Assembly (NCBI GenBank): GCA_043800755.1
Contig: JAZDMQ010000004.1
Location: 1 to 15,630 of the forward strand
Source: a bacterium
GTDB lineage: Bacteria; Methylomirabilota; Methylomirabilia; CAVQYV01
Direction: 5' to 3'
DNA length: 15,630 nucleotides
Position numbers and translations under genes: made by a program. The notes under the pieces are model-generated. The model saw only the letters and a program-made list of their open reading frames with translations, did not search any database and was not told the DNA's origin. This document shows positions 1 through 9,228 of this stretch, one piece after another (position 1 is the first letter of the stretch; every line of letters starts with the position of its first letter).

Positions 1-1
1 C

Positions 2-475
2 CGGTCCCGTCTGCATCCCATCCTGGGAGGATATCGGCCGCATCTGGCCGTGGATTATTCGGCCCCTCAGGGGACCCCGGTCTGGGCAGTGGCCGATGGA
101 TCGGTCGCCTCCTGTGGATGGTCGAGAGGAAATGGCAATTGTATCATCCTGAGGCACCGGATGGGCCTTTCCACCTGCTACAATCACCTCAGTCGCTTTG
201 CCAAGGGCATCCACAAAGGGGCCAGGGTGAAGCAGAGGCAGGTGATTGCTTATGTAGGTTCCACCGGAATGAGCACCGGCCCGCACCTGGATTACCGCAT
301 CAAGAAGGATGGTCGATTCATCAATCCCCTGCAGAAGCTCACCCTGCCCGGCATCCCGGTGGCCAAGGCGGACCAGCCGCGGTTCTTGCAGGCGAGGGAG
401 GAGTTGATGGGCCTCCTCCACAAGGCCCCCTCTCCGAAGCCGGACTCCGAGATCCCCATCCCGCCCGTCCTTTAA
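2..475 (+). CDS. M23 family metallopeptidase (peptidoglycan DD-endopeptidase, MepM-like), 5'-truncated by the window edge
   Basis: The frame is open from position 2 (RSRLHPILGGYRPHLAVDYSAPQGTPVWAVADG...), so the GTG at 50 is internal. It has the M23 HxxxD motif (HLAVD), YNHLS, VKQRQVIAYVGSTGMSTGPHLDY and INP. Confidence 0.92.
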   Translation, partial: RSRLHPILGGYRPHLAVDYSAPQGTPVWAVADGSVASCGWSRGNGNCIILRHRMGLSTCYNHLSRFAKGIHKGARVKQRQVIAYVGSTGMSTGPHLDYRIKKDGRFINPLQKLTLPGIPVAKADQPRFLQAREELMGLLHKAPSPKPDSEIPIPPVL

Positions 476-502
476 GGACCCCCACCTGAATTCCAAGCAG
501 AT

Positions 503-572
503 GGGGTCAGGTCTTGATTTATCACTTTTTTTTGGTCTAAAATTGTCGAAAGATGGGCATGCCAGGAAACCT
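503..572 (+). mobile_element. Probable relic end of a RAYT/IS200-like tyrosine-transposase element
   Basis: GGGGTCAGGTCTTG at 503-516 matches, from memory, ends flanking RAYT-like transposase genes. It is followed by TTGATT-N18-TAAAAT (514-543) and ATGCCAGGAAACCT (559-572), which is one base short of encoding M-A-R-K-P. No transposase ORF follows. Confidence 0.45.
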
Positions 573-656
573 AATGCTCTGCTCCGGAGTCCTTGCCGAA
601 AAAGCCTCTCCAGCTTCACTCCAGAAGTCATCCCTCCAAGTGTCCCTAAAAAGCAG

Positions 657-685
657 TGGATATTTGATGGCGGAGTTGCTATAAT
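657..685 (+). promoter_or_regulatory. Sigma70-type promoter for the clpB cluster
   Basis: TGGATA (657-662), a 17-nt spacer, then a perfect TATAAT (680-685) with an extended -10 TG at 677-678. It ends 46 nt before the clpB ATG. Confidence 0.7.
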
Positions 686-687
686 AC

Positions 688-708
688 TTCGAGAATAAAT
701 GACTTAAG
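688..708. promoter_or_regulatory. Candidate HspR operator (HAIR-like)
   Basis: TTCGAGA-N7-ACTTAAG matches the HAIR consensus CTTGAGT-N7-ACTCAAG at 10/14 positions with exact spacing, and lies over the predicted transcription start. Confidence 0.4.
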
Positions 709-731
709 CCCGCGATTTGAGGAGTGAAACG

Positions 732-3335
<2,604 letters not shown>

Positions 3336-3345
3336 GAGGGAACGG

Positions 3346-4560
3346 ATGCGAGGTTGGTGGAAAGAAGAGACGGCCTCCACGAAGGCTATTGTAATCATCG
3401 TGCTTTTGGCCGGCATTGCGATCGGGCTCTTCCTGGCGGCCGACCTGCAGCGCTTCCCCTTCAATCCCTCCTATTCCGCGCCGAAGAGGCCTGTCTCCGC
3501 AGGAGATCTTGCGGGGGTGGGTGGGGCCTTTGTGGAGGTGACCAAGGCCACCAAGCCGGCGGTGGTCAACATCAGCACCACCAAGGTCGTCAGATTCCGG
3601 GGGGCGCCCTACTCCCCCTTCTTTAATGACCCGTTCTTCCGGCGCTTCTTCGGAGATGATTTCTTCCGGGAGTTCAGGGCCCCTCGGGAACAGCGGGAAC
3701 AGAGCCTTGGCTCCGGGGTGATCGTGAGCCAGGACGGCTACATCGTGACCAATAACCATGTGGTGGAAGGGGCGAGCGAGATTCGGGTGCTGGTGGGAGA
3801 TCAGCGGGAATTCAAGGGAAGGGTAGTGGCCACCGATCCCCGGACCGATGTGGCGGTAGTCAAGATCGCCGGACATGGCCTCCCCACCATCCCCTGGGGG
3901 GACTCGGATCGCCTCCAGGTGGGTGAGTGGGTCCTGGCGATCGGCAATCCCTTTGGCCTCAATCAGACGGTCACTGCGGGCATTATCTCGGCGACGGGCA
4001 GGGCCAATGTGGGGATTGCCGACTACGAGGATTTCATTCAGACAGATGCGGCCATCAACCCGGGTAACAGTGGAGGGGCCCTGGTCAATGTGCGGGGAGA
4101 ACTGATCGGCATCAATACCGCCATATTCTCCCGGTCCGGCGGCTATATGGGGATCGGGTTTGCGATTCCCAGCAATATGGTGCGGGAGGTGATGGAGGAC
4201 CTCATCAAGAGAGGAAAGGTGACCCGGGGATGGCTGGGGGTCCACATCCAATCCTTGACGCCGGATTTGGCCAAGAAGTTTGGCTTGAAGAAGGCCCACG
4301 GGGTTCTGGTCGGGGAGGTGAGTGGGGGCAGTCCCGCGGCCAAGGCAGGGATGAAGCGGGGAGATGTCATCCTTGAGTTAGTGGGGAAGAGGGTCGAGGA
4401 CCCGGAACATCTGCGCAACGAGGTCGCCCGCACCGAGCCCGGCAAGCGGATTCCGGTGAAGATCTGGCGAGGCGGCAAGGAGATGATCTTGCAGGTCGAG
4501 ATTGAGGAGCTGCCCAAGGAGGTTGTCATGAGGCCTGCCCCTCAGGGGTCGATCGAATAG
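3346..4560 (+). CDS. HtrA/DegP/DegQ (Do-family) serine endoprotease with an N-terminal hydrophobic anchor or signal and one PDZ domain
   Basis: Catalytic triad motifs TNNHVV, TDVAVV and IQTDAAINPGNSGG; GWLGV...GSPAAKAG.RGDVI PDZ; hydrophobic segment AIVIIVLLAGIAIGLFLAA. The SD GGAGG overlaps the clpB stop codon. Confidence 0.95.
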   Translation: MRGWWKEETASTKAIVIIVLLAGIAIGLFLAADLQRFPFNPSYSAPKRPVSAGDLAGVGGAFVEVTKATKPAVVNISTTKVVRFRGAPYSPFFNDPFFRRFFGDDFFREFRAPREQREQSLGSGVIVSQDGYIVTNNHVVEGASEIRVLVGDQREFKGRVVATDPRTDVAVVKIAGHGLPTIPWGDSDRLQVGEWVLAIGNPFGLNQTVTAGIISATGRANVGIADYEDFIQTDAAINPGNSGGALVNVRGELIGINTAIFSRSGGYMGIGFAIPSNMVREVMEDLIKRGKVTRGWLGVHIQSLTPDLAKKFGLKKAHGVLVGEVSGGSPAAKAGMKRGDVILELVGKRVEDPEHLRNEVARTEPGKRIPVKIWRGGKEMILQVEIEELPKEVVMRPAPQGSIE

Positions 4561-4664
4561 GACATCCTGTGTGATGAGGGTTATATCGGGGGTTTTGGGG
4601 ATTTCCCCTGATTCTGCGGCGGCGGGAGGCGTGGAATGCCACGGGGGAGCGAGGAAGGTCGCCC

Positions 4665-5189
4665 ATGAACGATGCCATCCATAAGCTCTATTTCGAATTG
4701 ATGAAACGCCTGGAGGGGGAGATGGAGGAGGCCTTTGGCAGGCTGTGGCGGCGCTATGTCTGCCTTCCGGTGGTGGCCAATCATGTGGAGATTCCCTCCC
4801 TCAACCTCACCGCCGCCGGTTCACCGCAATACTGGCGCCCGGCCACGGATATCTTGGAGACCGAGGAGGAGTTTATCCTTCGGCTCGAGATTGCAGGCCT
4901 CAGCCAGGATTTGCTGACTATCTCCCAATCCCTCGACGGGAAGAGACTCTGGCTCCGAGGAGAGCGGAGGGATGAGGCTCGATCCAGCCAGGCCCCCCAA
5001 TGGTATCATCAATTGGAGATCTATTTTGGCCCATTTGAACTCTCCATTCTCCTACCGCCGGGGATTGCCCTCGACCTGGATGAGGTCAAGGCCTCTTACC
5101 ACCAGGGAATCCTCTTCTTGAGGATCTCCAAGAAAAGGGGACTGGAGGAGCCAAAGGAGAAGCGGACCTTGTCCATCCCCATCGAATGA
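4665..5189 (+). CDS. Hsp20/alpha-crystallin family small heat-shock protein
   Basis: WRPATDILETEEEFILRLEIAG, LRGERR, EIYFGPFE, VKASYHQGILFLRISK and the C-terminal IXI motif (SIPIE). It lies immediately upstream of lon. Confidence 0.9.
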   Translation: MNDAIHKLYFELMKRLEGEMEEAFGRLWRRYVCLPVVANHVEIPSLNLTAAGSPQYWRPATDILETEEEFILRLEIAGLSQDLLTISQSLDGKRLWLRGERRDEARSSQAPQWYHQLEIYFGPFELSILLPPGIALDLDEVKASYHQGILFLRISKKRGLEEPKEKRTLSIPIE

Positions 5190-5231
5190 AGGAGAGGCGA
5201 GGGGAAGGAGAGGCCGGGTGAAGGGAGAGGC
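5188..5231 (+). repeat. Three purine-rich direct repeats with a 16-nt period
   Basis: GAAGGAGAGGC at 5188 and 5204, and GAAGGGAGAGGC at 5220. Confidence 0.75.
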
Positions 5232-5289
5232 ATATCGCTGGAGATTGTATTTCCAGCTTCCTACGAAACTATTTTGAGGTGATTGGAAA

Positions 5290-7731
5290 ATGAACCCTGA
5301 AGTGAGAGTGATATTGCCCGATCCTGTCGATTCCAGCAACGATAGCCTGGCCATCCCCGAGGAGCTCTCGATCTTGCCCCTGAGGGATATGATGCTCTTT
5401 CCCCATACGGTCCTCCCCCTGGCCGTGGCCAGGGAGGCCTCGGTCCGTCTGGTGGACGAGGCCTTGGGGGGAAACCGCATTATCGGCATCGTAGCCCAGA
5501 GAAATGCCAGCATCGAGGATCCCCAGCCCACCGATCTCTACCCCAATGGGACCGCCTGCATGATCCACAAGATGCTGAAATTCCCGGATGGAAGCCTGCG
5601 GCTGGTGGTGCAGGGGTTGGTGCGGATTCATGTTCGAGAATTCATCCAGCAGAAGCCCTTTTATCGAGCCAAGGTGGAGCAGATCCCGGAGCAGGAACTG
5701 AAGGAAAAACCGATTGAGATCGAGGCCCTCTCCCGCAATGCGATGACGGTCTTTCAGAGGATTGTGAGCCTCTCCCCCCTGCTCTCCGATGAGCTTCAGG
5801 CCTTGGTGATGAACATCTCCGATCCTGGCCGGCTGGCGGATTTCATCGCCTCCAGCCTCCCCTCCCTCTCCACCGAGAATAAGCAGGAGATCCTGGAGTC
5901 TCTGGACATCAAGCTTCGGCTGGAGAAGCTGAACGCGTTCCTGGCCAAGGAGATGGAGGTGCTGGAGCTCGGCTCCAAGATCCAGTCCCAGATCCAATCG
6001 GAGATGGGCAAGAATCAGAAGGAGTATTACCTCCGGGAGCAGATGAAGGCGATCCAAAAGGAATTGGGGGAGTCGGATGAGCGGACCGCCGAGATCGTCG
6101 AGCTCCGCGAGAAGATCGAGGCGGCGGGGATGTCGGAGGAGGCCAAGAAGGAGGCCCTGAGGGAGTTGGACCGGCTCTCCAAGATGCCCCCGGCCGCGGC
6201 CGAATATACCGTCTCCCGCACTTATCTGGACTGGCTTATCTCCTTGCCCTGGTCCAAAGAGGACAAGCAGGAGATCAACATCGCCAAGGCGAAGGAGGTG
6301 CTGGATGCCGACCATTACGACCTGGAGAAGGTGAAGGACCGAGTCTTGGAATACCTGGCAGTGCACAAGATCAAGCCCGATGTCAAGGGTCCGATCCTTT
6401 GCTTCCTTGGTCCTCCCGGCGTGGGCAAGACCTCCCTGGGAAAGTCCATCGCCCGCGCCCTGGGCAGGAAGTTCCTTCGCATCTCTCTGGGAGGGATGCA
6501 CGATGAGGCAGAAATCCGGGGCCATCGCCGCACTTACATCGGGGCCCTGCCGGGTCAGGTCATTCAAAGCCTGAGGAGGGGGGAGTCCAAGAATCCGGTC
6601 TTCATGCTGGATGAGGTCGATAAGTTGGGCTCCGATTTTCGGGGGGATCCGTCCTCGGCTTTGCTGGAGGTCCTGGACCCGGAGCAAAATTTCAGCTTCC
6701 GCGATCACTACCTGGATGTCCCCTTTGACCTTTCTGGAGTGCTGTTCATCGCCACCGCCAATATTGTGGATCCGATCCCGCCGGCCCTGAAGGATCGGAT
6801 GGAGATCCTGGAGCTGGGAGGTTACACGGAGGAGGAAAAGGTGGCCATTGCCGAGCGCCACCTCATCCCCAAACAGGTGCAGGGCCATGGTCTGGTCCTG
6901 GGAGAGACGATTCAGTTCCAGCCGGAGGCGGTGCAAAAGATCATCCGAGAGTATACGCGGGAGGCGGGGCTGCGAAATCTGGAGCGCGAAATTGCCTCCA
7001 TCTGCCGTAAGGTCACCCGCGGGGTCGCCGAGGGAAAGACCGGGCTGGTGACGGTGACCCCGGATGTGGTCATGGAGTTTCTGGGGGCCCCCAAGTTCCT
7101 CTCTGAGGAGATCGAAGAGAGGACCAAGACGCCAGGGGTGGCCATCGGGCTTGCCTGGACCCCGGCCGGCGGGGAGATCCTGTACGTTGAGGCCACCAAG
7201 ATGAAGGGGGAGAAGACCTTGCAACTGACCGGTCAACTGGGGGAGGTGATGAAAGAATCCGCCCAGGCCGCCCTTTCCTGGATCCGGTCCCATGCGACCC
7301 AGCTGGGCATTGATGAGAACTTCTTCCGGGAGTATGACCTTCACCTCCATGTCCCCGAGGGGGCGATCCGCAAGGACGGCCCCTCCGCCGGGGTAACCAT
7401 CGTCACCGCCCTGATCTCTCTGCTTACCGGCCGATCAGTGAAGCCGGGATTGGCCATGACCGGGGAGATTACCTTGAGCGGCCGCGTCCTTCCGGTGGGG
7501 GGGATCAAGGAAAAAGTGCTGGCGGCTCGCAGGATGGGCATCAAGGAGATCATACTTCCTCGGGCGAATAAGAGCAATCTCCTGGAGGATATCCCAGAGC
7601 CGATCAGCAAGGAACTCACCTTTCATCTGGTTTCGACGATTGAAGAGGTCTTGCAGATCTCCCTCTTCGGAGAGGGCAAACCGGAAGAGAGGGCAGACCT
7701 CGCAATGAAGGGAGCCAAGGAGGGTGATTGA
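5290..7731 (+). CDS. lon: ATP-dependent Lon protease (LonA)
   Basis: N-domain LPLRD..LFP; Walker A GPPGVGKT; EIRGHRRTYIGA; Walker B MLDEVDK; KDGPSAG with catalytic Ser699 and Lys742 (GGIKEK) 43 residues later. SD GAGGTGA at 5276-5282. Confidence 0.98.
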   Translation: MNPEVRVILPDPVDSSNDSLAIPEELSILPLRDMMLFPHTVLPLAVAREASVRLVDEALGGNRIIGIVAQRNASIEDPQPTDLYPNGTACMIHKMLKFPDGSLRLVVQGLVRIHVREFIQQKPFYRAKVEQIPEQELKEKPIEIEALSRNAMTVFQRIVSLSPLLSDELQALVMNISDPGRLADFIASSLPSLSTENKQEILESLDIKLRLEKLNAFLAKEMEVLELGSKIQSQIQSEMGKNQKEYYLREQMKAIQKELGESDERTAEIVELREKIEAAGMSEEAKKEALRELDRLSKMPPAAAEYTVSRTYLDWLISLPWSKEDKQEINIAKAKEVLDADHYDLEKVKDRVLEYLAVHKIKPDVKGPILCFLGPPGVGKTSLGKSIARALGRKFLRISLGGMHDEAEIRGHRRTYIGALPGQVIQSLRRGESKNPVFMLDEVDKLGSDFRGDPSSALLEVLDPEQNFSFRDHYLDVPFDLSGVLFIATANIVDPIPPALKDRMEILELGGYTEEEKVAIAERHLIPKQVQGHGLVLGETIQFQPEAVQKIIREYTREAGLRNLEREIASICRKVTRGVAEGKTGLVTVTPDVVMEFLGAPKFLSEEIEERTKTPGVAIGLAWTPAGGEILYVEATKMKGEKTLQLTGQLGEVMKESAQAALSWIRSHATQLGIDENFFREYDLHLHVPEGAIRKDGPSAGVTIVTALISLLTGRSVKPGLAMTGEITLSGRVLPVGGIKEKVLAARRMGIKEIILPRANKSNLLEDIPEPISKELTFHLVSTIEEVLQISLFGEGKPEERADLAMKGAKEGD

Positions 7732-7815
7732 GGCTGGCGGATTCATGGCACCGGGTCCCTATCCGCCATCTTTTTGGCGGGTGATGAATTACTCATGGAG
7801 GCGGAGAAGAGATAA

Positions 7816-9012
7816 ATGAAAAGTCAGCAAAAGCCGTTGGCGGGATTGCGGATCATCGACCTCTCTCGAGTCCTGGCAGGCCCCTTTGCGGCCATGATCC
7901 TGGCCGATCTGGGGGCCGATGTGGTCAAGATTGAGGAGCCTAACTTCGGCGATGAGTCGAGGGGGTTCCCCCCCTTCAAGGATGGATTTTCCGCATATTT
8001 CATCAGTATCAACCGCGGCAAGAGATCCGTGACCCTCAATCTGAAGGAGAAGAGAGGGAAGGAGATCCTGAAGGAGTTGGTGAAGAAGGCGGACATCCTC
8101 CTGGAGAATTACCGCCCGGGCGCCATGAAGCGGCTGGGACTGGATTACGAGGTCTTGAAGGAGGTCAACCCTCGCCTCATCTACGCCGCCTGTTCAGGCT
8201 TTGGACAGAATGGCCCTCTGTCCGGGAACGGGGCGTATGACCTGATCATTCAGGCCATGGGTGGGATGATGAGCATCACCGGGGATAAGGGAGGGACCCC
8301 GACCAAGGTGGGCGCCTCCATTGCGGACTTGACCGCCGCCCTCTACACCACCATCGGGATACTCACCGCCCTCCATGCCCGGGAGCAGACCGGACTGGGG
8401 CAGATGGTGGATGTGGCCATGCTGGATTGCCAGATCTGTATCTTAGAAAACGCCATCGCCCGCTATGTGGTCTCCAATGAGATCCCGGGCCCGGTCGGTT
8501 CCCGACATGCCTCCGTCACCCCCTTCCAGGCCTTTCCCACCAAGGATAGCTATCTGGTGATCGGCATTGGCAACGAGAAGCTCTGGGAGCGGTTTTGCAG
8601 GGGCATCAAGCGCCCCGATCTCGCTAAGGATGAGAGGTTTGCACTAAATGCCAAGCGCAATGAGAACTATGAGGTCCTCAACTCCATCCTGGAGGGGGTC
8701 TTCCGCTCCCGCACCACCGAGGATTGGATCAGGCTGATGGAGAAGGATGGGATCCCCTGTGGGCCGATTAACACCGTGGATAAGATCTTGGATCATCCCC
8801 AGATCCTGGCCCGGGAGATGATCGCCGAGATCGACCACGGCTCCATCGGAAAGCTCAAGATGGCGGGCCTCCCCATCAAGCTCTCCGCTACCCCGGGCAA
8901 GGTGGACAAGCCTGCCCCTCGACTGGGAGAGCACACTGAGGAGGTCCTGGTGGGGGTCTTGGGGATGACCCGGGAGGAGGTGGCCGCCCTCCGCATGAAA
9001 AAGGTCGTCTGA
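7816..9012 (+). CDS. Family III CoA-transferase (CaiB/BaiF, formyl-CoA transferase-like); substrate unknown
   Basis: PLAGLRIIDLSRVLAGPF..MILADLGADVVKIE, NRGKRS..LNLK, ADILLENYRPG, YDLIIQAMGG, catalytic Asp in SIADL, and APRLGEHT. Confidence 0.95.
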   Translation: MKSQQKPLAGLRIIDLSRVLAGPFAAMILADLGADVVKIEEPNFGDESRGFPPFKDGFSAYFISINRGKRSVTLNLKEKRGKEILKELVKKADILLENYRPGAMKRLGLDYEVLKEVNPRLIYAACSGFGQNGPLSGNGAYDLIIQAMGGMMSITGDKGGTPTKVGASIADLTAALYTTIGILTALHAREQTGLGQMVDVAMLDCQICILENAIARYVVSNEIPGPVGSRHASVTPFQAFPTKDSYLVIGIGNEKLWERFCRGIKRPDLAKDERFALNAKRNENYEVLNSILEGVFRSRTTEDWIRLMEKDGIPCGPINTVDKILDHPQILAREMIAEIDHGSIGKLKMAGLPIKLSATPGKVDKPAPRLGEHTEEVLVGVLGMTREEVAALRMKKVV

Positions 9013-9028
9013 GGGTGGCCTCATTTTT
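9010..9028 (+). terminator. Weak intrinsic terminator-like hairpin overlapping the CoA-transferase stop codon
   Basis: TGAGG-gtgg-CCTCA followed by TTTTT. Confidence 0.45.
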
Positions 9029-9040
9029 CATGCCTTCACA

Positions 9041-9071
9041 AAGACCCCTCCGCGAAAGGGGGGTTTTTTTT
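9041..9071 (+). terminator. Rho-independent terminator
   Basis: ACCCCTC-cgcgaaa-GGGGGGT stem (9044-9064, one G-U pair) running into a tract of 8 T (9064-9071). Confidence 0.85.
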
Positions 9072-9132
9072 ATTGGCTCTTCTGGGGAAGGCGGCCGGGC
9101 GGCAGCGCCCTGGTGTGGCCAGTCAAAACTGA

Positions 9133-9172
9133 TTGACAAAGTGGTGAGTGTGGATTAAATAGTGGTTTAATC
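9133..9172 (+). promoter_or_regulatory. Putative aroA promoter with an overlapping palindromic operator
   Basis: Perfect TTGACA at 9133-9138 and an AT-rich but imperfect -10 (TTAAATA, 9155-9161). A perfect inverted repeat GATTAAA-N6-TTTAATC (9153-9172) covers the -10 and start region. Confidence 0.55.
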
Positions 9173-9228
9173 TGCAGAGGGCCTAAAGGTAGCCTGCGCA
9201 GATTAAATCGCGGGCAGCAGGAGCCTCT

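Noticed and set aside
501-698. 65-aa ORF MGSGLDLS...
   Set aside because: It has no SD, runs through the clpB promoter, and its start is a translation of the GGGGTCAGGTCTTG element end.
480-731. CIRCE (HrcA), CtsR or sigma32 signals upstream of clpB
   Set aside because: No TTAGCACTC-N9-GAGTGCTAA, GTCAAA heptad repeat or CTTGAA...CCCCAT pair is visible.
5188-5231. Direct repeats as a mini-CRISPR
   Set aside because: The repeats are 11-12 nt with 5-nt spacers, far below CRISPR dimensions, and no cas genes are present.
5269-7350. 693-aa antisense ORF opposite lon, and similar ORFs opposite htrA, aroA, aroC and gcvT-glyA
   Set aside because: Same shadow effect: codon-aligned with the real gene, L/H/G/Q-rich composition, and no domain motifs.
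9121-9140. AGTCAAA...TTGAC as a CtsR-like or palindromic site
   Set aside because: Only a single heptad is present, it is not upstream of a heat-shock gene, and the TTGACA is better explained as a -35 box.
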